Part shown: one piece after another, positions 27,388 through 36,622 of the stretch | Position numbering within the stretch: the stretch's first letter is position 1 | Layout of the letters: the number at the start of each line of letters is the position of its first letter | NCBI GenBank assembly: GCA_001724785.1 | Contig: MEDL01000003.1 | Coordinates: 1 to 50,236 of the forward strand | DNA from: Acidovorax sp. SCN 68-22 | GTDB lineage: Bacteria; Pseudomonadota; Gammaproteobacteria; Burkholderiales; Burkholderiaceae_C | DNA: 50,236 bases | Direction: 5' to 3' | Program-made: the position numbers and the translations under genes | The notes under the pieces: model-generated | Told to the model about the DNA's origin: nothing | Databases searched by the model: none | What the model saw: the letters and a program-made list of their open reading frames with translations, nothing else

Positions 27388-28338
27388 ATGGAATTCTTCC
27401 GCATCAAAAAAGACATCCCGTTCATGAAGTACGCGTTGGTGCTCAACGCGATTTCCTTCATCACTTTTGCGCTGGCGGTGTTCTTCCTGGTCTCGCGCGG
27501 ACTGCACCTGTCGGTGGAATTCACCGGCGGCACGGTCATGGAGGTCGCCTACCAGCAGACCGCCGACATCGCCAAGGTGCGCGAGACGGTCGCCGGTCTG
27601 GGCTACAAGGACGTGATCGTGCAGAACTTCGGCACCTCGCGCGACGTCATGATCCGCCTGCCGGTGCAGCAGGGGGTCACTTCCGCACAGCAGAGCGAGC
27701 AGGTGCTTTCCGCACTCAAGGCCCAGGACGCCGAGGTGAACCTGCGGCGCACCGAGTTCGTCGGCCCGCAGGTGGGCGACGAGCTGGTGCACGGCGGCCT
27801 GATGGCACTTGGCATGGTGGTGCTGGGCATCGTGATCTACCTGGCCTTCCGCTTCGAGTGGAAGTTCGGTGTCGCCGCCATCATCGCCAACCTGCACGAC
27901 GTGGTCATCATCCTGGGCTTCTTCGCTTTCTTCCAGTGGGAGTTCTCGCTCTCCGTGCTGGCCGGTGTGCTGGCGGTGCTGGGGTATTCGGTGAACGAGT
28001 CGGTGGTCATCTTCGACCGGATCCGCGAAGCCTTCCGCCGCTTTCGCAAGCTCAGCACGCGCGAGGTCATCGACCACGCCATCACCTCGACGATGAGCCG
28101 CACCATCATCACCCACGCCTCCACCGAGGCGATGGTGCTGTCCATGTTCTTCTTCGGCGGGCCCAGCCTGCACTACTTCGCACTGGCGCTGACGATCGGC
28201 ATCTTGTTCGGGATCTATTCCTCGGTGTTCGTTGCCGCCGCCATCGCCATGTGGCTGGGGGTCAAGCGCGAGGACCTGGTCAAGACCTCGCGCAGTGAAG
28301 GCGACCCGAACGACCCGAACGCCGGCGCCGTGGTGTGA
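27388..28338 (+). CDS. secF: Protein translocase subunit SecF
   Basis: EFTGGT; VGPQVG; LHDV; GYSVNESVVIFDRIRE; SD AAGGAGG. Confidence 0.98.
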   Translation: MEFFRIKKDIPFMKYALVLNAISFITFALAVFFLVSRGLHLSVEFTGGTVMEVAYQQTADIAKVRETVAGLGYKDVIVQNFGTSRDVMIRLPVQQGVTSAQQSEQVLSALKAQDAEVNLRRTEFVGPQVGDELVHGGLMALGMVVLGIVIYLAFRFEWKFGVAAIIANLHDVVIILGFFAFFQWEFSLSVLAGVLAVLGYSVNESVVIFDRIREAFRRFRKLSTREVIDHAITSTMSRTIITHASTEAMVLSMFFFGGPSLHYFALALTIGILFGIYSSVFVAAAIAMWLGVKREDLVKTSRSEGDPNDPNAGAVV

Positions 28339-28438
28339 CCGTGCCATGAAGTTGCGCGGGCGTCCGGGGCGATTGGGGCGGCGCGCAGCGGGGCCGGCAG
28401 GTGCCCCGGGAGCGCGACTTCCGGGCTAATATCCGGCT

Positions 28439-30763
28439 ATGCAGATGCCCCGGTCCACGGCCCCTTCCCCGCGAAGGCTCGCGCGCATGGCGCGAGAGCG
28501 CTGGACCGACGTGCTGTTGGGCAGTACGTCTGACCTGGACAGAGCCGTGGTGGATTTTTTCGCGGCCTTGATGGAGCAGGTCGGCACGCAGCGCGAGCGC
28601 CAGGCGCGGCGCGACAGCTGGCAGGGCTTCCAGGACAAGCGCAAGGATTGGCTGCAGGAGCTGACCACCGCCCTGCGCGCGCCGCAGGAAACCCCCGCGC
28701 CGGCAGCGCCGACGCCGGCCGCGTTCTCCGTCGACAGCAAACTGGAACTGGTCGGCGACGACGTCGTGGAAAACAAGATCATCGCCTCGCGCATCGCCTT
28801 GACGGTGCTGGAGGACGTGGCGGCGGAATTCGATGCCCTGCGTTTGCGCCTGCGCACGCTCGAGACGGCCGACATGGCGCCCACCGACGGTCTGCGGCCG
28901 GAAACGGTCAGCCTCCGGCTGGTGGAATCCTGGCTCAAGGTAGGCTTGTCGCGCGACGACTTGCAGATGGCGGTTGAGCCCTTGCAACGGGCCTTGGCGT
29001 CGGTGCTGCAGTCCGCGTACCAGGCGGCCAACAAGGTCTTGGCTGACGAGGGCGTGCAGGCGCAGCAGGAAATGCGTGTGCGGGTGGCGCGCACCGGCGG
29101 TGGCACAACCGGCGGTTACGGGGATTCTGGCCAGTCGGGCGGCTTGGCCTCGCACGCGCTGGAGCAATCGCGCCAGGCGGTGCATTCGGGCCGCTCGGGC
29201 TTTGTGCCCTCGGGGGCTCCGGCGTACGCGGGCACGCCCATGGGGCCGTTCGACGCCGCAGCTACCCCGCTGCTGCGCGCCCGGCAGCGGGCGCAAGGTG
29301 TGATGGTGCAGTTGCGCCGCCTGCTGGCGCCCGCCATGCGCGGGCTGGACTTCGCGCAGGCGCCGCCCGCTTCGGCGGCGCTCGCGCATGCGCTGGCGGC
29401 GCACCGTGTCCAGGCCGACGTGTACTACAGCACCATGGGCGCGATTGTCGAGGACTACAGCCCTGCGGCCGTGGTCCAGCTCGCGGGGGCGGTGCGCGAG
29501 CGCTCGGCGGAGTTCAAGAAGAAGGCCGAGACGGACAGCGAAAAGGCGATCATTGAAGTGGTCGCGCTGATGTTTCAGAGCATCCTCTCGGAGGACCGCA
29601 TCCCCTCCGCCGTGCGCGTCTGGTTCGCTCGCCTGCAGGTGCCGGTGCTGCGCGTGGCGCTGGCCGAGCCCGAGTTCTTCAGCAACATCAACCACCCGGC
29701 GCGCAAACTCATCGATCGCATGGGGGCCGTGGCGCTCGGATTCGATTCGGCTTCCATCACCGGCAGCGCCCTCGAAACCGAGGTGCGGCGCATCGTCCAG
29801 GTCATCGAGCAGTATCCCGAGACCGGGCGCCGGGTGTTCCAGCTGGTGCACGACGAGTTCGAGAAGTTCCTCGCCAAGCACCTTACCGAAAAACAGAGCA
29901 CCAGCCAGCTGGTCAGCGTGGCCCAGCAGGTCGAGCAGCGGGAAACGCTCGCCATCAAATACACCATTGAATTGCGCACCATGCTGAACGACATGCCGGT
30001 GCGCGACGAAGTGCGTGAGTTCCTTTTCAAAACCTGGGCGGAAGTGCTGGCGCTTTCGGCCGTGCGGCATGGCGCGCAGCATGCCGAGACGGTGTCGTTC
30101 AAGCGCACGGCGGCCGACCTGGTGTGGGCGTCGAGCGCCAAACCCAACCGCACCGAACGCGCCCAGGTCATCCAGGCGTTACCGGACATCCTGCACCGCC
30201 TTCGGGAAGGGCTTGCCATGGTGGGCGTGGAAGGCGAGGCGCAGGACGCGCAAATCAAGGCGCTCACCGATACGCTGGCGGAAGCCTTCCTGTCCAAGAC
30301 CGCCAACATCCCGCTGGAACATATCGAGGCCATGGCGCGCCGGCTCGCAAATGTGGAAGAGTTCCTTGGCGACGCCGTGCTCGGTGAGTTGCCGCTGGAT
30401 GCGGAGCACATCGAGATGATGACCGGCATCGACGCGAGCGCCATCCACGTGATTGCGGACAACGGTGCGCCGGTCGACGAAGCGATGGTCGCCTGGGCCC
30501 AGGAACTGGCGCTTGGCAACTGGTTCACGCTGGACCACAGCGGGGCCAGCTGCCAGGTGCAGTACGCCTGGCACAGCCAACACAAGCAACTGCACCTCTT
30601 TGTCTCGACGGACGGCATCAGCTACTTGATTCAGCTGCGCCGCCTCGGGGCCTACCTGCAGTCGGGGCTGCTGGTGGCGCGGGACGACGAAGGCCTCACG
30701 ACGCGCGCCACGCGCGACGCCCTGGCCAAGCTGGACGCCAATCCCGAGCGCCTCCTCGGATAA
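28439..30763 (+). CDS. DUF1631-family protein
   Basis: LELV.DD.VE..I; IEVVALMFQSIL; ARLQVPVLRVAL.EPEFF....HPARKLIDRM; C-terminal L.LG.WF domain. Confidence 0.85.
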   Translation: MQMPRSTAPSPRRLARMARERWTDVLLGSTSDLDRAVVDFFAALMEQVGTQRERQARRDSWQGFQDKRKDWLQELTTALRAPQETPAPAAPTPAAFSVDSKLELVGDDVVENKIIASRIALTVLEDVAAEFDALRLRLRTLETADMAPTDGLRPETVSLRLVESWLKVGLSRDDLQMAVEPLQRALASVLQSAYQAANKVLADEGVQAQQEMRVRVARTGGGTTGGYGDSGQSGGLASHALEQSRQAVHSGRSGFVPSGAPAYAGTPMGPFDAAATPLLRARQRAQGVMVQLRRLLAPAMRGLDFAQAPPASAALAHALAAHRVQADVYYSTMGAIVEDYSPAAVVQLAGAVRERSAEFKKKAETDSEKAIIEVVALMFQSILSEDRIPSAVRVWFARLQVPVLRVALAEPEFFSNINHPARKLIDRMGAVALGFDSASITGSALETEVRRIVQVIEQYPETGRRVFQLVHDEFEKFLAKHLTEKQSTSQLVSVAQQVEQRETLAIKYTIELRTMLNDMPVRDEVREFLFKTWAEVLALSAVRHGAQHAETVSFKRTAADLVWASSAKPNRTERAQVIQALPDILHRLREGLAMVGVEGEAQDAQIKALTDTLAEAFLSKTANIPLEHIEAMARRLANVEEFLGDAVLGELPLDAEHIEMMTGIDASAIHVIADNGAPVDEAMVAWAQELALGNWFTLDHSGASCQVQYAWHSQHKQLHLFVSTDGISYLIQLRRLGAYLQSGLLVARDDEGLTTRATRDALAKLDANPERLLG

Positions 30764-30828
30764 GGCCGGCGCTTCCTACGGTTCCACCTTCAACGCATAA
30801 CGTTGTCGGGCCGCCTCGTAAAGCTGCC

Positions 30829-31977
30829 TCAGGCGCGCACCAGTCTTTGGAACAACCCGCCGGGCAGGCGCGCAACGATCCCGGCCAGTTCCAGTTCCAG
30901 CAGCTGCACTTGCAGGGTGGCGGTATCGAGGCCAGTCCGTGCCTGCAGGGTGTCCAGCCCCACCGGGTCGAACCCCAGGGCCTGGAGCAGACTGCTTTCG
31001 GCCTGCGGCTCGGCCACCGGGGCTGGATACGCACGAGCGTTGCCGATGCCGTCCGGGAATTCTTCCAGCACGTCGGCCACCGTCTCCACGAGCTTGGCCC
31101 CCTGCTTGATGAGTGCGTGGCAGCCGCGCGATTGCGGCGCATGGATCGAGCCCGGGATGGCGAATACGTCGCGCCCTTGTTCGACGGCCATGCGCGCCGT
31201 GATGAGCGAGCCCGATGCGGGCGCCGCCTCCACCACCAGCACACCGTGGGCGAGCCCCGAAATGATGCGGTTGCGGCGCGGGAAGTTCGCCGCCAGCGGC
31301 GGGGTGCCCAGCGGGTATTCGCTCATCAGCAAGCCTTCGGCGGCGATGCGCCTGGCGAGTTCGAGGTGCCGCGATGGGTAGACCCGGTCCAGCCCGGTGC
31401 CGACCACCGCTACGGTGGCCGGGCTGGCCGCGGCGCTGGCCGCGGTGAGTGCCCCGGTGTGGGCAGCAGCGTCGATCCCCAGCGCCATGCCGGAGATGAT
31501 GGACAAGCCCTCCTGCCGCAAGGCGCGGGCGAATTGTTCGGTGGTTTCTCGGCCTTGCGGGCTGGGGTGGCGGCTGCCGACGATCGCCAGGCTGCTCTCG
31601 CGCCGCAGCGGGGACTGGGCTTGCCCCAGATGGCGTGGCGCGCCCATCAGGTACAGCATCAGCGGTGGGTCTTCAATTTCGAGCAGCGCAGGGGGGTACC
31701 AGGGATGGCCGAGCGGGACGATGGCGCGTGCGACGCCGGCTTCGCCCGACAGCCCGAGCCAGGTCCAGGTGCGTTCCAGCAGCGCCGCGTGCTGTTCGGG
31801 ACCCTCCAGCAATGCGGCCGCCTTGGACGGCGTGATGCACTGCAGCCAGGCCGCCTGCGTTTGCGAAAGAACCGCCTGGGGGCTGCCGAAAGCCGCCAGC
31901 AGCCGGCGCGCTGCGGCCGGGCCCAAGCCGGGCGTGTGGCACAAGCGCAGCCAGGCAGCGAGCTCGTCGCGTTGCAT
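30829..31977 (-). CDS. dprA: DNA-processing protein DprA (Smf)
   Basis: AIVGSR; SGMALGIDAAAH; GTGLDRVYP; NFPRRNRIISGL; VEAA..SGSLITA; PGSIH....GCH.LIKQGA. Confidence 0.97.
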   Translation of the reverse strand: MQRDELAAWLRLCHTPGLGPAAARRLLAAFGSPQAVLSQTQAAWLQCITPSKAAALLEGPEQHAALLERTWTWLGLSGEAGVARAIVPLGHPWYPPALLEIEDPPLMLYLMGAPRHLGQAQSPLRRESSLAIVGSRHPSPQGRETTEQFARALRQEGLSIISGMALGIDAAAHTGALTAASAAASPATVAVVGTGLDRVYPSRHLELARRIAAEGLLMSEYPLGTPPLAANFPRRNRIISGLAHGVLVVEAAPASGSLITARMAVEQGRDVFAIPGSIHAPQSRGCHALIKQGAKLVETVADVLEEFPDGIGNARAYPAPVAEPQAESSLLQALGFDPVGLDTLQARTGLDTATLQVQLLELELAGIVARLPGGLFQRLVRA

Positions 31978-32001
31978 GCCGCTGGCCTGGGCAGCGCCGC
32001 C

Positions 32002-33228
32002 TTAGCGGGGATTGGTCAGGTGGTCGCCTACGCGCACCGTGTTGTTGACCCCGAGGATGAGCGCGTAGGACACGCGGTCAAAGGTGCGGAACACCATGGC
32101 CATGCCATTTTTTTCGTTCGGCAGCCGGATGACGGTCTTGGCTGCGTCCGTGGTGTCCTTCATGCGCTGGCCGGCGCTCAGCAGTTGCAACACGTGGCCG
32201 GTCTCGATGCCGTCCTCGCGCCCGACGTTGATGGCGATGACCTGGTTCTGCGCGGCGTTCACCAAGGCGGCGCCACCGTAGATCGACACCACGCGGGCGT
32301 CCACCTGCTGCTCGGGCGCACGCGGCACGTAGCTCATGAAGCCGCGCGCAGCGGCGGGCAGCAAGCGGTCGCCGGCGCGGACTTCCTCACGCGTGGAGAG
32401 GATGTTCACCGTGGCGGGGACGTAGTCGGACGTGAAGCCGCCCTTGCCGTTCGGGGTGTCTTCGATCGATTCGCCGCGGATCAGCTCGGCTTTGCCGACG
32501 AACTGGGCCTCGTAGCCCAGGATGTCCTTGGTGGCGGGGTCGCGCAGCGCGACGGCGTTGCGGTAGATGCCGTAGTAGCGCGGCTCGCCGGGGGCGATTT
32601 CCAGCGGTTTGAGCATGTCGCCGCGCGCGTACGCGCGATCGCCGGCGGCCATCAGCACGCGGTCGTCGAGCGTGGCGACGATGCGCGGCGCCTGCTCCAG
32701 CGTATTGGCCTCCACCACCTGCGGCTCCACGAGGAAGGGCTCGATCAGGTGTGGCTGGAGCGTCGGCAGCGCCGTTTCCATCAGGCTTTCGGTGCGGGTG
32801 CGCGGTGAAACGCGCACTTCCTCGGGCTGGCCCGGCAGGCTGGTGCGCAGGCGGGCGAAGCCGCCGGTCTTGTCCAGGTACAGCGTCTGGCCAGGGAAGA
32901 TCAGGTGCGGATTGGCGATGGCTTCCAGGTTCATGCCCCACAGCTCCGGCCAGCGCCAGGGCTTCTTCAGGTACATGCCGGAGATGGCCCAGAGCGTGTC
33001 GCCGCGCTTGACCACATAGACGTCGGGCGCGTTGGGAGCAAGGTCGGCTACCGGGACGCCGCGCTGGGCTACGTCCTGCGCGGTGGCCCGCTGACCCGGG
33101 GTGACGGGATAATTCTGTGCCCAAGCAGCAGGCGCCGCGCCCAGTGCAGCGACCAGCAGCGCCGCAGCGCCCCCCGCAGTGCGCAGAATGCCCCGGGATG
33201 CGGCGTGCTTTCTCGTGTTTGCTTGCAT
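32002..33228 (-). CDS. tsaP: LysM peptidoglycan-binding protein, TsaP-like (type IV pilus secretin-associated)
   Basis: Signal peptide; YVVKRGDTLWAIS..YL..PWRWPELW..N...IANPHLIFPG; C-terminal MVFRTFDRVSYALI; upstream of dprA. Confidence 0.8.
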   Translation of the reverse strand: MQANTRKHAASRGILRTAGGAAALLVAALGAAPAAWAQNYPVTPGQRATAQDVAQRGVPVADLAPNAPDVYVVKRGDTLWAISGMYLKKPWRWPELWGMNLEAIANPHLIFPGQTLYLDKTGGFARLRTSLPGQPEEVRVSPRTRTESLMETALPTLQPHLIEPFLVEPQVVEANTLEQAPRIVATLDDRVLMAAGDRAYARGDMLKPLEIAPGEPRYYGIYRNAVALRDPATKDILGYEAQFVGKAELIRGESIEDTPNGKGGFTSDYVPATVNILSTREEVRAGDRLLPAAARGFMSYVPRAPEQQVDARVVSIYGGAALVNAAQNQVIAINVGREDGIETGHVLQLLSAGQRMKDTTDAAKTVIRLPNEKNGMAMVFRTFDRVSYALILGVNNTVRVGDHLTNPR

Positions 33229-33318
33229 GGTTCCCTGCCCCCTCGCTGGTGGCGCTGCTGTTCCCTGCGGTGGAAAAGCGCGGCCGAAGACGTTACAAAT
33301 CAACTGAGATTCTCTGCT

Positions 33319-33331
33319 CAAGCCCTTGATT
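33319..33331 (-). promoter_or_regulatory. Possible IHF site in the tsaP/def divergent region
   Basis: Minus strand AATCAAGGGCTTG matches WATCAANNNNTTR exactly, in an AT-rich intergenic stretch. Confidence 0.4.
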
Positions 33332-33408
33332 GGGCAATGATTATTGGGCTGTCAGGCGCCGCGTACAGAAAAAAGTGGCGAAAATAGCGACATCCCTTCG
33401 TATTGGCC

Positions 33409-33918
33409 ATGGCGATCCTTCCCATTCTCTGTTACCCAGATCCGCGCCTTCATACCGTAGCCCAGCCGGTGAATGCGGTGGACGAACGCGTGCGCACATT
33501 GGTCCAGGACATGCTCGACACCATGTACGACGCCCACGGCATCGGCCTGGCCGCGACCCAGGTGGACGTGCACCAACGCGTGATCGTCATCGACGTGTCG
33601 GAAGAGCGCAATCGTCCGCTGGTGCTCATCAACCCGGAGATCGTCTGGGCCAGCGCCGAAATGCGGGTCGGCGACGAAGGCTGCTTGTCCGTACCTGGCA
33701 TTTACGACGGTGTCGAACGCGCGGCCCAGGTGCGCGTGCGGGCGCTCGATGCGCAAGGCGAGCCACAGACGATCGAGGCCGAAGAAATCCTCGCGGTGTG
33801 TATTCAGCACGAAATGGACCATTTGCTGGGCAAGGTGTTCGTCGAATACCTCTCGCCCCTGAAACGCAGCCGCATCCGCTCGAAAATGCTCAAGCGCCAG
33901 CGCGAGGAGCGGGCGTGA
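33409..33918 (+). CDS. def: Peptide deformylase
   Basis: [20 protein letters not shown] motifs. Confidence 0.98.
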   Translation: MAILPILCYPDPRLHTVAQPVNAVDERVRTLVQDMLDTMYDAHGIGLAATQVDVHQRVIVIDVSEERNRPLVLINPEIVWASAEMRVGDEGCLSVPGIYDGVERAAQVRVRALDAQGEPQTIEAEEILAVCIQHEMDHLLGKVFVEYLSPLKRSRIRSKMLKRQREERA

Positions 33919-34403
33919 GGCGCGCTCTGGCGCTGGCCTGCGTGGCCGCCGCGTTGGTGGGGTGTGCTGCGCCGGCGCAGATCGGCCCCGGGGCGGAGCG
34001 TGCGCTGGTGCAAAGCCGCTGGGGCGCGCCGCGTGCCAGCTACGGCGTGGACGGCGGCGGCCAGCGCTGGTTCTACGAGCGCACTCCCGGCGAACAGGAG
34101 CGGCTGGATTTCGATGCCAACGGGCGTTTGCTGGCGCGCGAACAGGTTTTCAGCGCGGCGCATTTCCAGGCATTGGCCCAAGGCCAGTGGGACGCCACCG
34201 CCGTGCTGCAAAGCTTCGGCCCGCCGGCGAGCCGCCAAGCCGCCGTGCAGGAAGCGAACGAAGCCGGCTCGGGTTCGGTGTGGATTTACTCCTGGCGCGA
34301 ATTCGGCAAATGGCGCGTCGCGCGCGTGCGCCTGAGCGCCAGCGGCGCGGTGCAGGGCGTGGAATTCGCCGACGACACCAAGGCCGACGACCGGTATCGC
34401 TAG
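33915..34403 (+). CDS. Lipoprotein with two probable BamE/SmpA-like (BLIP-fold) repeats
   Basis: GTG overlaps the def stop; lipobox LVGC; two V...[WF]G.P ... W.Y units. Confidence 0.75.
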   Translation: MRRALALACVAAALVGCAAPAQIGPGAERALVQSRWGAPRASYGVDGGGQRWFYERTPGEQERLDFDANGRLLAREQVFSAAHFQALAQGQWDATAVLQSFGPPASRQAAVQEANEAGSGSVWIYSWREFGKWRVARVRLSASGAVQGVEFADDTKADDRYR

Positions 34404-34433
34404 GCGGTCCTCCGCGTGTTTCCTTCGCCACGG

Positions 34434-34457
34434 CGCGCCTTGCGGCGCGTTTTTTTT
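34434..34457 (+). terminator. Intrinsic terminator-like hairpin just before fmt
   Basis: CGCGCC-TTGC-GGCGCG followed by T8. Confidence 0.55.
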
Positions 34458-34468
34458 CCGGGCTCCCC

Positions 34469-35455
34469 ATGAAAGTGCTTTTCGCCGGTACGCCGCAGTT
34501 CGCCCGCCAGGCACTGGAGGCGATCTTCGCCGCGGGCTTCGATGTCCCGCTGGTCCTGACGCAGCCCGACCGGCCCGCCGGGCGCGGCCTCAAGCTGGCG
34601 CCTTCGCCCGTCAAGCAGCTGGCGCTGGAGCACGGCGTGGCCGTCGCGCAACCGCAGGGGCTGCGCCTGGACGGGCGTTATGCCGAGGATGCTGCGCAGG
34701 CGCGGGCTGCCATCGAAGCCAGCAGGGCCGACGTGATGGTCGTGGCGGCCTACGGCCTCATCCTCCCGCAATGGGTGCTGGACGCGCCGCGCCATGGCTG
34801 CATCAACATCCATGCCAGCCTGCTGCCGCGCTGGCGCGGGGCGGCGCCCATCCACCGGGCCATCGAAGCCGGCGACGAGGAAACCGGCGTCACGCTCATG
34901 CAGATGGATGCCGGGCTCGACACCGGCGACATGCTGGCGTGCCGGCGCATCGCCATCGCGCCGGACGACACCACCGCCAGCCTGCACGACCGCCTTGCCG
35001 CGCTCGGCGCGGACATGGTGGTCGAGGCACTGGCGCAGCTTGCGCACGGGCCGCTGCCGCGCACGCCGCAGCCGGCCGAAGGGGTGAGCTATGCGCACAA
35101 GGTCAGCAAGGCCGAGACGCACATCGATTGGAGTCGGCCGGCCGAAGTGGTGGCGCGGCGCGTGCGCGCCTGGGCCCCGGTGCCGGGTGCCAGCACGCAG
35201 CTGGGGGGCGAGAGCCTGAAGGTATTGGGTTGCGAAATTGATAGCTATAAAACCAATACAGACGGGCGCTACGGCCATATTTTGTCTGTAAATGACTCGG
35301 GTGTAACGGTGGCTTGCGGCGAGGGCGCCGTGCGCCTGACGCGCCTGCAGCGCGCTGGCGGTCGCCCCTTGGCGGCGCGCGACTTCCTGCGCGGGCATGC
35401 GCTGCAGCCCGGCATGCAGTTCGCCGGCGGCACCTCCTCCGAGGCGGGGACGTGA
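34469..35455 (+). CDS. fmt: Methionyl-tRNA formyltransferase
   Basis: FAGTP.FA; [10 protein letters not shown]; VAAYGLILP; [20 protein letters not shown]; MDAGLDTG. Confidence 0.98.
   Translation: MKVLFAGTPQFARQALEAIFAAGFDVPLVLTQPDRPAGRGLKLAPSPVKQLALEHGVAVAQPQGLRLDGRYAEDAAQARAAIEASRADVMVVAAYGLILPQWVLDAPRHGCINIHASLLPRWRGAAPIHRAIEAGDEETGVTLMQMDAGLDTGDMLACRRIAIAPDDTTASLHDRLAALGADMVVEALAQLAHGPLPRTPQPAEGVSYAHKVSKAETHIDWSRPAEVVARRVRAWAPVPGASTQLGGESLKVLGCEIDSYKTNTDGRYGHILSVNDSGVTVACGEGAVRLTRLQRAGGRPLAARDFLRGHALQPGMQFAGGTSSEAGT
35227..35293 (+). repeat. Dispersed ~65-bp repeat, copy in frame inside fmt
   Basis: TAGCTATAAAAC(35242)-N12-GCGCT-AC-GGCC-ATATTT aligns without gaps to the copy at 24841; sharp AT-rich island in a GC-rich gene. 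Confidence 0.8.
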
Positions 35456-36210
35456 GCCTGGCCGGCCTTGCGGCGCGCGTGCGCGATCCGGCGTTTCGGG
35501 CCGGCGTGTCCGACCTCATCGGTCCGGCGGTGGGCGTCGGCGCCTGGGGCCTGGTGACGGGTGTGGCCATGGTCAAGAGCGGCATGAGCGTGCCGCTCGC
35601 GCTTCTGATGTCGCTTCTGGTGTACGCCGGCAGCGCCCAGCTGTCGGTGATTCCGCTGCTGGCGGTGGGCGCGCCGCTGTGGGTGGTGTGGCTGACGGCG
35701 ACCTGCGTCAACCTGCGCTTCGTCATCTTCAGCACCTTGTGGCGCGGCTACTTCCAGGCCCAGCCCCTGCGCCAGCGCCTGGCCATCGGTTATTTCAGCG
35801 GCGACGTGATCTTTGTCGCCTTCATGAAGCGCTTTCCGCGCGTTGAGCCGGCACCTGGCCAGTTGCCGTATTTCTGGGGTGCGGCGTCGCTCAATTGGCT
35901 CGCCTGGCAGATTCCCTCGGTCGCCGGCATCCTGCTGGCCAATGCGATTCCGCTCTCGTGGGGCCTGGGTTTCGCCGGGGTGCTGGCCATCCTCGGCGTG
36001 CTGCTGTCGCTGCTGGTCGACCGCGCCACCTGGGTGGCGACCGGTGTGGCCGCCTGCGCCGCGGTGGCCGCCTGGGCCTTGCCGCTCAAGCTCAACATCC
36101 TGGTGGCCGTCGTGGCGGCGGTGGCGGCGGGCCTGGCCATGGAATCGGCCGAGCGCCACGCGCGCCAACATGCGCTGCGCCGCCGTGCGGCGGAAAGGGC
36201 GGAACCGTGA
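35452..36210 (+). CDS. azlC: AzlC-family branched-chain amino acid exporter subunit
   Basis: [10 protein letters not shown]; VNLRF; multiple TM helices; GTGA overlap with the fmt stop. Confidence 0.9.
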   Translation: MSLAGLAARVRDPAFRAGVSDLIGPAVGVGAWGLVTGVAMVKSGMSVPLALLMSLLVYAGSAQLSVIPLLAVGAPLWVVWLTATCVNLRFVIFSTLWRGYFQAQPLRQRLAIGYFSGDVIFVAFMKRFPRVEPAPGQLPYFWGAASLNWLAWQIPSVAGILLANAIPLSWGLGFAGVLAILGVLLSLLVDRATWVATGVAACAAVAAWALPLKLNILVAVVAAVAAGLAMESAERHARQHALRRRAAERAEP

Positions 36211-36542
36211 GCGGCGAAACCCTCTACGGCTTGGCGGCGATTGCCGGGCTGGCGCTCGTCACGCTGGTGGCGCGCACCTTCTTCATGCTGCCCGAGCGCG
36301 AGCTGCCCATGCCCGACTGGCTCAAGCGCGGGCTGAAGTACGCACCGCTGGCAGCCCTCACGGCGGTGATCGCCCCCGAGGTGCTCATGACCCAGGGCGT
36401 GTTGCTGAACACCTTGCAGGACGCGCGGCTGCCGGCGGTGCTGTGCGCCTGCGCGTACTACTTCTGGCGCCGCGGCATCCTGGGCACCATCGTCGTGGGC
36501 ATGGCGGTGTACCTGCCGCTGCACATCGGTCTGGGCTGGTAG
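36207..36542 (+). CDS. azlD: AzlD-family small membrane subunit
   Basis: T...[15 protein letters not shown]; coupled to azlC by GTGA overlap. Confidence 0.88.
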   Translation: MSGETLYGLAAIAGLALVTLVARTFFMLPERELPMPDWLKRGLKYAPLAALTAVIAPEVLMTQGVLLNTLQDARLPAVLCACAYYFWRRGILGTIVVGMAVYLPLHIGLGW

Positions 36543-36622
36543 CGGGGGCGGCGCAGCAGCTGCCTAAAATGCGGCGCTGTCGTCCATTCGTACCGCCCTC
36601 GGGGCTCACTACAGGCACCGCC

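Noticed and set aside
28439-33228. DUF1631-dprA-tsaP cluster as a defence or competence island
   Set aside because: It looks like a conserved core neighbourhood (tsaP-dprA next to def-fmt), with no mobility or compositional anomaly.
7811-35293. Repeat copies as a CRISPR array or integron attC sites
   Set aside because: They are dispersed single copies, not tandem; no cas or integrase genes; no GTTRRRY/RYYYAAC ends.
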